A stretch of 64,000 nt of DNA, taken from contig NC_058383.1 in NCBI RefSeq assembly GCF_018350175.1, positions 16,618,001 through 16,682,000 on the forward strand. The letters run 5' to 3'. Both the position numbers and the translations under genes were made by a program. Below are positions 34,759 to 48,580 of the stretch, one piece after another. How positions within the stretch are numbered: position 1 is the stretch's first letter; each line of letters opens with the position of its first letter. The notes under the pieces are model-generated. The model made no database searches. It was not told the DNA's origin and saw nothing but the letters and a program-made list of their open reading frames with translations. The DNA is from Felis catus. Lineage: Eukaryota.

Positions 34759-37700
34759 TAGAGTCTGTATTTTTGTATGCTTTGGGTAAATACCTAATAG
34801 TGCAATTTCTGGATCATAGGGTAATTCTATTTTTAGTTTTTTGAGGAACCTCCATACTGTTCTCCAGAGTGGCTACACCAGTTTCATTCCCACCAACAGT
34901 GCAAGAGGGTTCCCCTTTCTCTGCATGCTCACCAACAATGTTGTTTCTTGTGTTGTTAATGTTAGCCATTCTGACAAGTGTGAGGTGGTATCTCATTGTG
35001 GTTTTGATTTGTATTTCCCTGATGATGAATGATGATGAGCATCTTTTCATGTGTCTGTTAGTCATCTGGATTTTTTTTTTTTTGAAAAGTGTCTATTCAT
35101 GTGGTCTACCCATTTTTTAACTGGAATTTTAGTTTTTTGGGTCTTAAATTTGATGATAACTTCTTTATGGATTTGCAAACTAACCCTTTATCAGATATGT
35201 CATTTGCAAATATCTTCTCCCATTCCATAGGCTGCCTTTCAGTTTTGTTGATTGTTTCCTTCACTGTGCAGAAACTTTTTATCTTAAGTCCTAATTGTTC
35301 ATGTTTGCTTTTGTTTCCCTTGTCTTCAGTGACGTGTCTAGTAAGAAGTTATTCTGGCTGGGGTGAAAGAGGTTCCTGCCTGTTTTCTGCTCTAGGAGTT
35401 TGATGGTTCCCTGTCTCACATTGGGTAGTTCATCCAGTTTTGAATATTTTTGTGTATGTATGTTGTAAGAAAGTGGTCCAGTTTCATTCTTTTGCATGTA
35501 ACTGTCATTTTTCCCAACAGCATTTGTTAAAGAGACTGTTTTTTTCCACATTGTATCTTTTTTCCTGCTTTGTCAGAGATGAGTTGAGCATTTAGTTGTG
35601 GGTCCATTTCTGGGTTTTCTATTCTGTTCCATGGATTTATGTGTCTGTTTTTGTACCAGTACCATACTGTCTTGACTACAGCTTTGTAATATAGCTTGAT
35701 ATCAGGAATCATGATGCCTGTAGTTTTGTTTCTCTCTTGCAGGATTGCTTTGGCTATTTGGGGTATTTTTTTGTTTTCATACAGATTTTAGGATTGTTTG
35801 TTCTAGCTCTGCAAAGAATGCTGGTGGTATTTTGATAGGTATTGCATTAAATGTGTAGATTACTTTGGGTGATATAGACATTTTAACAGTGTTTGTTATT
35901 CCAATCCATAAGCATGAAATGTTTTTCCATTTCTTTGTGTCCATCTATATTTCTTTCATAATTCTTCTAGAGTTATCAGTACAGATCTTTTACCTCTTTA
36001 GTTAGGTTTATTTCTAGTTATCTTATTCATGGTACAATTGTATATGGAGTCTATTCCTTGATTTCTTTTTCTGTCACTTCATTATTTGTGTATAAAAATG
36101 CAACAGATTACTGCATGTTGATTTTTTACCCTGCGACTTTGCTGAATTTATCTATTAGCTCACGCAATTTTGCGGAGTAGGCTTTCAGGTTTTTCACATA
36201 GATTATCCTGTCCTCTTCAAATAGTGAAAGTTTCACTTCTTCCTTTCCAATTTGGATGCCTTTTATTTCTTTTTGTTGTCTGAATGCTGAGGCCAAGACT
36301 TCCAGTACTATGTTAAATAGTAATGGTGAAAGTTGATAACCTTGCCTTGTTCCTGATTGTAAGGGAAAGGCTCTCAGTTTTTCTCCCCATTGAGGATGAT
36401 ATTAGCTGTGGGTCTTTTGTATATGGCCTTTGTGATGTTAAGATGTTCCATCTGTCCCTACTTTGTTGAGGTTTTTTTTTTTAAATCAAAATGGATACTG
36501 TAATTTGTCAAATGCATTTGTTTTTGCATCTATTGAGAGACTCATATGGTTCTTATCTTTTCTTTTATTGATGTGGTGTATCACATTGATTTGTGAATAT
36601 TGAGCCATCCCTACAGCCCAGAAATAAGTTCCACTTGATTATGGTGAATAATTCATTTAATGTACTGTTGGATTCTATTTTCTAGTACCTTTTGGGAATT
36701 TTTTGCATCCAGGGTCATCAGGGAATTGGCTTTTAATTCTTTTTTTAGTGAGGTCTTTGTCTGGTTTTGGAATCAAGGTAATTCTGGCCTCATAGAATGA
36801 GTTTGAAAGTTTTATTTCCATTTGTATTTTTTGGAACAGTTTGAGAATAGGTATTAACTCTTCCTTAAATGTCTGGTACAAGTCCCCTGGGAAGCCATCT
36901 GGACCAGGAATTTTGTTTGCTGGAAGATTTTTGTATGGTGACTCAATTTCTTTATGGGTCTGTTCAAATTTTCAGTTTCTTCCTATTTCAATTTTGGTAG
37001 TTTGTGAGTGTCTAGGAATTTGTACATTTCTTTCAGATTGCCTACTATGTTAGCATATACTTTTTCATGATATTCTCTTATAATTTCTGTATTTCTGTGG
37101 TGTTGGTTGTGATCTTGCCTCTTTCATTTGTGATTTTATCTATTTGTGTCCTTTCTCTTTTCTTTTTGAGAAGTCTAGTTAGGGTATTGTCAATTTTGTT
37201 TATTCTTTCAATGAACCAGCTCTTGGTTTTATTGATATGTTTTAATGTATTTTATGGTTTCTAGATCATTTATTTCTGCTCTAATCTTTAATATTCCTTT
37301 TCTTCTGCTGACTTTGTGCTTTATTTGCTGTTCCTTTTCTAGATCCTTTAAGTATAAGGTTAGATTGTGTATTGGAGACCTTTCTTGCTTCTTGAGATAG
37401 GCCTGAATCATAATATACTTTCCTCTTGGGACTGTCTTTCTTGCATCCCAAAAGGTTCCAGACTGTAGTGTTTCCATTTTAATTGACTTACATGTATTTT
37501 TTATTTATTCCTTAATTTCCTAATTGAGCCATTCATTCTTTATTAGGATGATTTTTAACCTCCATGTATTTTTAGGCTTTCCAATTTTGTGTGTGTGGCG
37601 ATTTCAAGCTTCATACCATTAAGATTTGAAAATATGCATGGTATGATCTCAACCTTTTTCTACCTATTGAGAGCTGATTTGTGACCAAGTGTGCAATCTA

Positions 37701-38046
37701 TTCTGGAAAATGTTCCATGTGCACTCCAGAAGAATGTGTATTCTGTTGCTTTAGGGTGAAAAGTTCAGAATATATCTGTTAAGTCCATCCAGTCCAGTGT
37801 GTCACTCAAAGCCATTGTTTCCTTGTTGATTTTCTGCTTAGATGATCTGTCAATTGTAAGTGGGGTGTTAAAGTCCTCTACTATTATTGCATTAATTATC
37901 AATGAGTTTTCTCATGTTTGTTATTAATTGATTTATATATTTGGGTGTTCCAAGCTGGAGACATAATTGTTTACAATTGTTAGATCTTGGTGGATAGACT
38001 CCTTAATTATAATATAATGCCCTTCTTTGTTGCTTGTTATAGTCTT

Positions 38047-38291
38047 TGTTTTTTTTTTTTGTTTTTTTTTTTTTAATTTTTTTTTCAACATTTTTATTTT
38101 ATTTTTGGGACAGAGAGAGACAGAGCATGAACGGGGGAGGGGCAGAGAGAGAGGGAGACACAGAATCGGAAACAGGCTCCAGGCTCCGAGCCGTCAGCCC
38201 AGAGCCCGACGCGGGGCTCGAACTCACGGACCGCGAGATCGTGACCTGGCCGAAGTCGGACACTTAACCGACTGCACCACCCAGGCGCCCC
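38047..38291 (-). mobile_element. Young felid CanSINE nested in L1
   Basis: Long poly-T, CpG-rich body ending caggcgcccc; TSD tagtctttgtttt. Confidence 0.95.
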
Positions 38292-39489
38292 TAGTCTTTG
38301 TTTTAAAATCTAGCTTGTATGATATAAGTTTGTCTACTCCATCTTTCTTTTGACATTCATTAGCCTGATAGATGGTTCTCCATCCCCTCACTTTCAATTT
38401 GCAGGTGTCTTTGGGTCTAAGGTGAGTCTCTTGTAGGCAACATATAGATGGATCTTGTTTTGTAATCCATTCTGATACTCTATCTTCTGAATGGAGCCTT
38501 TACTCCATGTACATTCAGAGCAATTATTGAAAGATACAAATATAGTGCCATTGTAGAGCTGGTGTTTCTGGTAATGTTCTCTGGTTCTTTGTAGTCTTTG
38601 TTATGTTGGGTTTTATTTTTCTCCACCCAAAGAGTCCCACTTAAAATTTGTTGCAAGGATGCTTTAGTGGTCATAGACTTGTTTGGTTTTGTTTTTCTTG
38701 GAAACTCTTTATCTCCCCTTCTATTCTGAATGAAAGCCTTGCTGGATAAAGAACTCTTGGCTGCATATTTTTCCCCTACTGAACATGTTGAATATTTCCT
38801 GCCACTCCCTTCTGGCCTGACAAGTTTCAGTGGACAGGTCTGCTACTAACCTTATATGTCTACACTTGTAGGTTAAGAGCCTTTTGTCCCCTGCTGCTTC
38901 CAGAATTCTCCTTGTCTTTGTATTTTGAAAGTTTCACTGTGATATATCATGGTGTTCACCTGTTTTTGTTGATTTTGTGTGTGTGTGTGGGGGGGGTTCT
39001 CTGTCCTCCTGGACTTGAATGCCTGTTTCCTTCCCCAGATTAGAGAAGTTCTCAGGTATAATTTGTTCCAATAAACTTTCTATCCCTTTTTCTCACTCTT
39101 CTTCTTCTCGGACTCCTGTGAAATGGATATTGTTTTGCTGGATTGAATCACTGAGTTACCTAAGTCCCCTTTGATGATCCAATAGTTTCCTTTCCCTCTT
39201 CTTTTCAGCTTCCTTGTTTTCCATTATTTTATCTTCTTATCATTTATTCTCTTCTCTGATTTTTAAATCCTTCTTGTGACTGTTTCTAGTCAATTTTACA
39301 TCTCAGTTATAGCCTTCTTTATCTCAGCCTGACTAGTTTTTAGGTCTTTGATCTCAGTAGCAAGGGTTCCTCTGGTGTCTTCTATGCTTTTTATTCAAGT
39401 TCATCTCATAGTCTTATGACTGTTGTTTTAAGTTCTTGTTCACATATTTTGCCTATATCTGTTTTGAGCAAGTCCCTGGCTGTAATTTC

Positions 39490-39619
39490 CTTTTTTAAAA
39501 TTTCAATTCAGGTTAATTAACATATAGTGTAGTATTGGTTTCAGTAGAACTTATTGATTCATATAAAATATACTTACATATAACACCTAGTGGTCATCCC
39601 AACAATTGCCTTCCTTAAT
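39490..39619 (-). mobile_element. Short L1 3'-end insertion nested in L1 ORF1
   Basis: ttaattaacatatagtgtagtattggtttcag...cacctagtggtcatccc; TSD-like ctggctgtaattt / ctggctgtgattt. Confidence 0.6.
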
Positions 39620-39711
39620 CTGGCTGTGATTTATTCTTGACTATTCTTTTAGGGAGAAATTCTTTGTCTTGTGATTTTGGCTAGGTTTCTGTCTTCTGTA
39701 TGTTTGGAATG

Positions 39712-39900
39712 TTTATTTTATTTATATATAGAGAGAGAAAGAGTGAGAAAAGAAAGGGGCAGAGGAAGAGAGAGTGAATGTGAAGGAGGCTCCATACCCA
39801 GTGGGGAGGCTAATGTGAGGCTCGATTGCATGACTGCAAGATCATAACTTGGGGAAAAAATCAAGAGTCAGACGCTTAATTAACTGAGCCACAGAAGAGC
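39712..39900 (-). mobile_element. Old CanSINE
   Basis: tttattt...gagagag...tcaagagtcagacgcttaattaactgagccac. Confidence 0.75.
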
Positions 39901-40339
39901 CTCTTTTGCATGTTTTGAAAGTTTCTTGGGTTTCCTACACCAAAGAGCAGTGCTATATTAAAAAACTTCATACATTGTCCAGGCCTGACACTTTAGGAAG
40001 TTTTCCTGAATGCTGTAGGCTGTGTGTGATCCGCTATTGTGTTTTGGCTCCTCCTTCTCACTGGTCAGTCCACTGCAGAGTTCCTCCTTGCTTGTAGTTG
40101 GGAGTGTTTGGACTTTAACTATGTGTTCTTTGATTTGTTTGAATAAAACGGGAAAAAGTAGGAAAAAAAAGCTTGATCCAAAAATAAAGAGAAAAGGAAA
40201 ATGAATGAATAAAAAACCAAACAGACAATCAAAAAACTATAAGCCTGATTCCAAAGAAAAGAACAGAAAGAAGCAAGAAAAAGAAAAAACAACAAGGGAG
40301 AAAAGGAAATGAAACAAACAAACAAAAAACTATGAACCT

Positions 40340-40475
40340 GATTAAAAAATTAAAAAAAGAGGAAGAGGAAAAAGAAGAAGAAGAAAGGAAGAAAGAAAGA
40401 AAAGGAAGGAAGAAAGAAAGGAAGGAAGGAAGGAAAAAGAAAGAAGAAAGAAAGAGAAAGAAAGAAAGAACGAAT
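40340..40475. repeat. (GAAA/GGAA)n purine tract
   Basis: Seen directly. Confidence 0.85.
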
Positions 40476-41644
40476 GAACGACTGGTTCTATTTCTACCAA
40501 AACATCAAGTGATGCCTTGAAGGACTCTATTTTCAGTACACTTGGTGAATAGGGTGCACTACCTGTGATGGTCTTCTGGAGAAGAGGCTCAGAGTCAATC
40601 TTGTCCCAGTAAATAAGCAGTTACCAGGCACAGGGAGGCAGGTTTGGAGTATGTGGGTCCTGCCTCTACTGGGGGCCAGTGTGTTGCCCTCTGAAGTCCT
40701 ACCATGTTGGTGTTGGGGGACAATGGTGCCACCCTTATCTCTCGTTCCCAGATAAGGGGCCTCACACCCTCCATTGTTCTGGAAGCCCTCACAAAGTAGG
40801 GAGGGCAGTCAGCTGACTCTGTGCCACAGCTCGCATGTGCTTTTTTCTTCAGCGTGTGGCTAGGATTTAAAACTCAAGATCTTAAGGACCAGAACTAAAT
40901 GGACTGCCCTCCTCCTCTTGAGTAGATCCTCTCCATGCTGTGCATGATGTACTTTGTATCAGAAAAACAGTTCTACACCTGCACAGTGTGAAGAATTTAA
41001 AGTGTACCACCACTAAAACAATAAGCCCTCTATGAGTGCCTCTGTCACCTGCCAAAGAAAAGCCCTTTTCTGGCACCTACAGGGTCTTTTGATCTTGGAG
41101 AGGAAATATACCCTATGCCCAAAGTACTCCAGGAAGGAGAGTGCTTTCCCATTGTGCCCCAGAGATCACTACACCACATTTGCACTCTAGGGCCAACTCC
41201 TTCCTTCTGCACAGGAGTGCATGCCACAGTTCCACTCTGGAGAAAGTCATGCACTTCCAAAACCTCAGGGTTTGAACTCCACATGCTGCTTGCAAAAAAA
41301 TCCCTGCCATACTCAGTACCTCTAGCTCCACAGTCTGAGGTCCAGAGAGGTTTTCCTCTTGTGCAAACCCGATACCACATTCTTTCAATGCCTGTTTATC
41401 ACTCTCCCTTTTGCCTTTCCACAGAAAGGGTTCCCTTCCCTCCGTGGCATTGCTCTTTTTCTCTCCAATTCACTTCCATGCACCTTGAACTTTCCACAAT
41501 GTCTCCCTCCAACAATGGAGATCCTTCTGCCAGTCTGCAGATCAATTTCCTGGGTGTTCCAAGTGAACTGACTGCAATACAACTGTGAGAAATGAGGATG
41601 GAGAGCCCAGCATCACCCTTCTTCCTGCCATCTTAACTCCTCTC

Positions 41645-41985
41645 CTGAACCAAACTTTTCTAAACAAGCAAAACAAAACACACCTAGGATATAGCTTTCT
41701 TTATTATTTCATTTTATTTTTTACCTCCTAATTGACAAGACAGAAGAATTCACCCATAAAGAAAGCACAGGAAGAAGTGATGTCAGGTGTTTAATCAATA
41801 CAGATATAAGTAATACGTCACAATTGAATTTAAAACCAGAATTATATGGATACTAACTGGATTTGAAAAAAGCATAGAAGACACTAAAGAATCCCTTACT
41901 GCAGAGACAAGAGAACTAAAAACTACACAGCCCAAAATTAAAAACGTTATAACTGAGATGCAAACCTGAATGGATGCCATGTCTT
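41645..41985 (+). mobile_element. L1 ORF1 5' fragment (likely continuation of the 32640 element)
   Basis: caagacagaagaattcaccc...gaatttaaaaccagaattatatggatactaactggatttgaaaaaagcatagaagac resembles carnivore L1 ORF1 start. Confidence 0.65.
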
Positions 41986-42297
41986 TCAACAATAGCCAAA
42001 TTATGGAAAGAGCCTAAATATCCATCAACTGATGAATGGATAAAGAAATTGTGGTTTATATACACCATGGAATACTACTTGGCAATGAGAAAGAATGAAA
42101 TATGGCCTTTTGTAGCAATGTGGGTGGAACTGGAGAGTGTCATGCTAAGTGAAATAAGTCATATAGAGAAAGACAGATGCCATATGTTTTCACTCCTATG
42201 TGGATCCTGAGAAACTTAATAGAAGACCATGGGGGAGGGGAAGGAAAAAAAAGAGAAGGAGGGAGCCAGACCATAGGAGACTCTTAAAAACTGAGAA
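41986..42297 (+). mobile_element. Felid L1 3' fragment (ORF2 C-terminus and part of 3'UTR)
   Basis: STIAKLWKEPKYPSTDEWIKKLWFIYTMEYYLAMRKNEIWPF...; 3'UTR cut at ctcttaaaaactgagaa. Confidence 0.9.
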
Positions 42298-42299
42298 TA

Positions 42300-45145
42300 G
42301 GAAGATGGCAGTGTAGGAGGATGCTGGGCTCACCACGTCCTCCTGATCACTTAGATTCCACCGACATCTGCCTAAATAACCCACAAAACTGTCAGAAGAC
42401 TAGCAGAACGGACTCTCCAGAGCCAAGCATAGACAAGAGGCCCACAGAAGAGGGTAGGAAGGGCAGAGAGGCAGTGCGTGCTACACAGATTGGCTGGAGG
42501 GAGCTGGGGCGGTGGAAGGACAGCCTTCCTGGCAAGGCAGAGCCACTGAGTCTGACTTGCAAAACTGGAGGGGCTAGATGGAGTGAGTTCTGACAGCCAG
42601 CGGGACTTAACATCTGGAATGTTAAAAGTCAGCAGCTCTACTTGGAGAGTGGGAGGGCAAGAGGACACCGGGAGGGAGAGTTGTTGAGCCCCGGAAGACA
42701 GAGCTCAGCTTGGTGGGGAAGAAAAGCACTGGCCAGCGCCATCTCCCTCTCCCACCCCCTAGCCGAAATCCCAAAGGGAACCAGTTCCTGACACCGAACT
42801 TGCTTGCACCATGCAAACACCCAATGCTGTACTTCTGTGGTTCCATCCCTCTGATGGGTCTACCTCCCTCCTGGTGCTGCAGGGCCCCTCCCGCAGGGAA
42901 CCACCAATGGCAAAGTGAGCTAAGCCTGCCCCTCCCACCCCTGTGCACCTGGCGGATCCACCCCAGCTAATATGCCAGATCCCATCAAAGAAGCACCACA
43001 AGCTGGCAGTGTGCAAGTAACCCAGACAGGGGCCACACTACTCCACAGTGAGTCCTGCCCCTGGGAGAGGGGAAGATAAGGTACACAACAGTCTGACTGT
43101 GGCCCCAGCGGTGGGCTGGGGACACACATCGGGTCTGACTGTGGCCCTGCCCACCAACACAAGTTACTCCAGACAGCACAGGGGAAGTGCCTTGAAGTTT
43201 GGTGCGACTGCAGGGACTATCCAAAATGATGAAATGGAAGAATTCTCCTCAAAAGAAACTCCAGGAAGTAGTGACAACTAATGAATTGATAAAAAATGAT
43301 TTAAGCAATATAATGGACCATGAATTTAGAATAATACTCATAAAATTAATCGCTGGTCTTGAAAAAAGTATAGAGGACAGCAGAGAATCTATTACTACAG
43401 AGATCAAGGGACCAAGACACGTCAGGAGGAGCTAAAAAATGATGTAAATGAGGTGCAAAATAAAATGGAGGTGACCGCAGCTCGGATTGAGGAGGCAGAA
43501 GAGACAATAGGTGAATTTGAAGATAAAATTATGAAAAAAGAAGAAGTTGAGAAAAAGAGAGATAAAAAAAAATCCAGGAGTATGAGGGGAGAATTAGAGA
43601 ACTAAGTGATGCAATCAAGCACAACAATATCCGTATAATAGGGATTCCAGAAGAGGGAGAGAGAGAGAGAAAAGGGCTGAAGATGTACTAGAATAAATCA
43701 TAGTTGAGAACTTCCCCGATCTGGGGAAAGAAACAGGCATTGAAATCCAAGAGGCACAGAGAACTCCCTTCAGAAGTAACTTGAATCTATCTTCTGTGTG
43801 ACATATCACAGTGAAACTGACAAAATATAAGAATAAAGAGAACATTCTGAAAGCAGCTAGGGATAAACACGCTCTAACATAAAGGGAGACTGATAAAACT
43901 TGTGACAGATCTATCTACTGAAACTTGGCACGCCAGAAAGGAATGGTAGGAAATCTTCAATGTGATGAACAGGAAAAATATACAGCTGAGAATCCTTTAT
44001 CCAGCAAGTCTGTCATTTAGACTAGAAGGAGAGATAAAGGTCTTCCCAAACTAACAAAAACTGAAGGAATTCATCACCACTAAACCAGTCCTAGAAGAGA
44101 TCCTAAGGGGGATTCTGTGAGTGAAATGTTGCAAGGACCACAAAGGACCAGAGACATCACTACAAGCATGAAACCTACAGACATCACAATGACTCTAAAC
44201 CCATATCTTTCAATAATAACACTGAATGTAAATGGACTAAATGCACCAACCAAAAGACATAGGGTATCAGAATGGATAAAAACAAAAAAAAACAAGACCC
44301 ATCAAGTTGCTGTCTACAAGAGACTTATTTTATTTTTTAATTTTTTTTCAATGCTTTTTATTTATTTTTGGGACAGAGAGAGACAGAGCATGAACGGGGG
44401 AGGGGCAGAGAGAGAGGGAGACACAGAATCAGAAACAGGCTCCAGGCTCCGAGCCATCAGCCCAGAGCCTGACGCTGGGCTCGAACTCATGGACCGCGAG
44501 ATTGTGACCTGGCTGAAGTCGGATGCTTAACCGACTGCGCCACCCAGGCGCCCATACAAGAGACTTATTTTAGACATGAGGACACCATCAGATTGAAAGT
44601 GAGGGGATGGAGAACTATCATGCTACTGGAAGTCTAAAGAAAGCTGGAGTAGCCATACTTATATCAGACAAACTAGACTTCCAATAAAGTCTGTAACAAG
44701 AGATGAAGAAGGGCTTTATATAATAATTATAGGGTCTATCCATCAGGAAGAGCTAACAATTATAAATGTCTATGTGCCGAATACGGGAGCCCCCAAATAT
44801 ATAAAACAATCACAAACATAAGCAACCTTATTGATAAGAATGTGGTAATTGCAGGGGACTTTAATACTCTACTTACAACATTGGATCGATCATCTAGACA
44901 CAGGATCAATAAACAAGGGCCCTGAATTATACATTGGATCAGATGGACTTGACAGATATATTTAGAACTCTGCATCCCAAAGCAACACAATATACTTTCT
45001 TGTCAAGTGTACATGGAACATTCTCCAAGATAGATCACTTACTAGGTCACAAAACAGCCCTTCATAAGTATACGAGAATTGAGATCATACCATGCATAAT
45101 TTCAGACCACACTGCGATGAAGCTTGAAATCAACCACAGGAAAAA
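42300..45145 (+). mobile_element. Felid L1 5' half: 5'UTR, disrupted ORF1 (ATG 43226 to ~44120), disrupted ORF2 endonuclease domain (ATG ~44189)
   Basis: ggaagatggcagtgtaggaggatgctgggctc 5' start; MMKWKNSPQKKLQEVVT; MTLNPYLSIITLNVNGLNAPTKRHRVSEWIK; HGTFSKIDHLLGHK; SDHTAMKLEIN. Confidence 0.92.
44333..44553 (-). mobile_element. Young felid CanSINE inserted in L1 ORF2
   Basis: 18-bp TSD tacaagagacttatttta at 44315-44332 and 44555-44572. Confidence 0.95.
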
Positions 45146-45357
45146 GCTTCTGCACTGCAAAGAAAACAATCAACAAAACTAAAATGCAACCAACAGAATG
45201 GGAAAAGATATTTGCAAATGACCTATTGGACAAAGGGCTAGTATCCAAAATCTATAAAGAGCTCACCAAACTCCACACCCAAGAAAACAAATAATCCAGG
45301 GAAGAAATGGGCAAAAAACATGAATAGACACTTTTCTAAAGAAGACATCCAGATGGC
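45141..45357 (+). mobile_element. L1 ORF2 3' segment, inverted relative to the adjacent minus-strand L1
   Basis: aaaaagcttctgcactgcaaagaaaacaatc...gaagacatccagatggc continues, in the opposite orientation, the element that starts at 45356. Confidence 0.8.
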
Positions 45358-48300
45358 AGTGCAGAAGCTTTTTATCTTCATGAGGTCCCAATAGTTCATT
45401 TTTGCTTTTAATCCCCCTGCCTTTGGAGATGTGTCAAGTAAGAAATTGCTGCGGCTGAGGTCAGAGAGGTGTTTTCCTGCTTTCTCCTCTAGGGTTTTGA
45501 TGGTTTCCTGTCTCACATTCAGGTCTTTATCCATTTTGAGTTTATTTCTGTGAATGGTGTAAGAAAGTGGTCTAGTTTCATTCTTCTCATGTCGCTTTCC
45601 ATCTCTCCCAGCACCATTTGTTAAAAAGACTGTCTTTTTTCCATTGGATATTCTTTCCTGCTTTGTCAAAGAATACTTGCCCATACATTTGTGGGTCCAA
45701 TTCTGGAGTCTCTATTCGATTCCATTGGTCTATATGTCTGTTTTTTTTTCCCATACCATGCTGTCTTGATGATTACAGCTTTGTAGTAGAGGTTAAAGTC
45801 TGGGATTGTGATGCCTCCTGCTTTGGTCTTCTTCAAAATTACTGTAGCTATTCGGGGTCTTTTGTGGTTCCATGCAAATTTTAAGATTGCTTGTTCTAGC
45901 TTCGAGAAGAATGCTGGTGCAATTTTGATTGGGACTGCATTGAACGTGTAGATTGCTTTGGGTATTATTGACATTTTAACAATATTTATCCTTCCAATCC
46001 ATGAGCACGGAATGTTTTTCCATTTCTTTATGTCTTCTTCAATTTTCTTCTTAAGCTTTCTATAGTTTTCAGCATACAGATCTTTTGTATCTTTGGTTAG
46101 GTTTATTCCTAGGTATTTCATGCTTCTTGGTGCAATTGTGAATGGGATCAGTTTCTTTGTCTTTCTGTTGCTTCATAATTGGTGTATAAGAATGCAACTG
46201 ATTTCTGTACATTGATTTTATATCCTGCTACTTTGCTGAACCCATGCATCAGTTCTAGCAGACTTTTGGTGGAGTCTGTCAGGTTTTCCATGTGGAGTAT
46301 CATGTCATCTGCAAAAAAGTGAAAGTTTTACTTCATCTTTGCCAATTTTGATGCCTTTGATTTCCTTTTGTTGTCTGCTGATGCTAGGACTTCCAATACT
46401 ATGGTAAACAAAGTGGTGAGAGTGGACATCCCTGTCGTGTTGCTGATTTCAGTTTTTCCCCATTGAGGATGATATTAGCTGTGGGCTTTTCATAAAAGCT
46501 GTGGACTTCTATGATATTTAGGTATGTTCTTTCATCCAACTTTCTTGAGGATTTTCATCAAGAAAGGATGTTGTATTTTGTCAAATGCTTTTTCTGAAGC
46601 TATTGACAGGACCACATGGTTCTTACCTTTTATTTTATTAAAGTGATGTATGACATTGATTGATTTGCAAATATTGAATCAGCCTGCAGCCCAAGAATGA
46701 ATCCCACTTGATCATGGTGAATAATCTTTTTCACATGCTGTTGAATTCAATTTGCTAGTATCTTATTGAGAATTTTTGCATCCATATTCATCAGAGATAG
46801 TGGCCTGAAGTTCTCTTTTTTTGCTGGGTCCCTGTCTAGTTTGGGAATCAACGTAATGGCTTCATAGAATGAGTCTGGAAGTTTTGCTTCTCTTTCTATG
46901 TTCAGGAATAGCTTGACAAGGATAGGTATTAACTCTGCTTTAAATATCTGGTAGAATTCCCCTGGGAAGCCATCTGGTCCTGGACTCTTATTTGTTGGGA
47001 GATTTTTGATGACTGATTCAATTTCTTCACTATTTATGGGTCTGCTCAAATTTTCTATTTCTTCATGTTTGAGTTTTGGTAGTGTGTGGGTGTTTAGAAA
47101 TTTGTCCATTTCTTACAGTTTATCCATTTTGTTGGCATATATTTTTTCATAGTATTCCCTAATAATTCTTTTATATTTATGGGGGGCTGTTTTGTGACCC
47201 AGTATGTGCTCTATCTTGGAGAATATTCTATGTGCACTTGTAAAGAAAGTATATTCTGCTGTTTCAATCTGAAAGTGTCCTCAGGTCTGAAATGAATGTC
47301 TTGTAGAGAGCCAATGATAGGTCTTATTTTTTATGCATTCTGATACCCTCGGACTTTCAATTGGACCATTTAGCCCATTCACACTCAATTTTATTACTCA
47401 AAGGTATGGGTTTAGAATCATTGTGTTATCTGTAGGTCTCATGTTTGTAGTGATTTCTCTGGTACTTTGTGGTCTTTGCAACATTTCACTCACACAATCC
47501 CCCTTAGGATATTTGTAGGGATGGTTTAGTGGTGATGAATTCCTTCAGTTTTTGTTTGGGAAAACCTTTATGTCTCCTATTCTGAATGACAATCTTGTTG
47601 TATAAAGGATTCTTGGCTGCATATTTTCCTATTCACCACATTGAAGATTTCCTACCATTCCTTTCTGGCCTGTCAAGTTTCAGTAGATAGGTATGCTACT
47701 ATTCTTATGTTTCTATCTTTGTATGTTAAGATTTGTTTATCCCTAGCTACTTTCAGAATTCTCTATCCTTTTACTGTGCCAGTTTCACTATGATATATCA
47801 TGCAGAAGATCGCTTCAAGTTGTTTCTGAAGGGAGTTCTCTGTGCCTCTTGGATTTCAATGTCTGTTTCCTTCCCCAGATTGGGGAAATTCTCAGCTATT
47901 ATTTTTTCAAGTACACCTTCAACCCCTTTCTCTTTTCTTCTGGAATTCCTATGACACGGATATTGTTCCATTTGATTGCATCACTTAGTTCTCTGATTCT
48001 TCCCTCTTGTTCCTGGAGTTTTTAAATCTCTTTTTCTCAGCTTCCTCTTTTTCCATAATTTTATCTTCTAATTCACCTATTCTCCCTTCTGCCTCTTCAA
48101 TCCGTACTGTGGCCACCTCCATTTTATTTTGCATCTCATTTATAGCATTTTTTAATTCCTCTTGACTATTTTTTACTTCCTTGATCTCTGCAGTAATAGA
48201 TTATCTGCTGTCTTTTAAGCCTTTTTCAAGCCCAGTGATTAGTCTTATGACTATTCTAAATTCTTGTTCAGTTATATTGCTTATATCTGTTTTGATCAAT

Positions 48301-48580
48301 TCTTTAGCTGTCACCTTCTCCTGGAATTCCTTTTGAGTAGAATTCTTCTGTTTCGTCATTTTGGCTAGTTTTCTGTCCCTTATGAGTTGTAAAAGTTTTT
48401 TTTTGTGCTCTGCACCTTCAAACACTGCTATATTAAAGAGAGGTCATACACTGTCTAGAGCCTGGCCCTTCAGGAGGTAGATTTTGGAGAACTTTACTTG
48501 TTCTCTATTGTGACTTTGGTTATTTTATTTCTCTACTTGTAGTGATGTTTTGGACCCTTCATGAGGTGTCCTGTGATTTC
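45356..48580 (-). mobile_element. Degenerate L1 (ORF1 to ORF2 RT/post-RT) with internal deletions near 47170 and 47265
   Basis: Minus frames: [67 protein letters not shown]. Confidence 0.9.

Larger units (their letters stand above)
34035..41640 (-). mobile_element. Near-full-length degenerate LINE-1 with nested insertions
   Basis: Minus-frame ORF2 remnants ([61 protein letters not shown]), 3'UTR at ~34040-34330, ORF1 ~38640-39700, 5' end ...cctgccatcttaactcc ~41640. Confidence 0.9.

Noticed and set aside
40332..40520. Lys/Glu/Arg-rich ORF
   Set aside because: Translation of a (GAAA)n tract inside an L1.
42300..48580. Retrotransposition-competent L1
   Set aside because: ORF1 and ORF2 have frameshifts and stops, a SINE insertion, deletions and an inversion.
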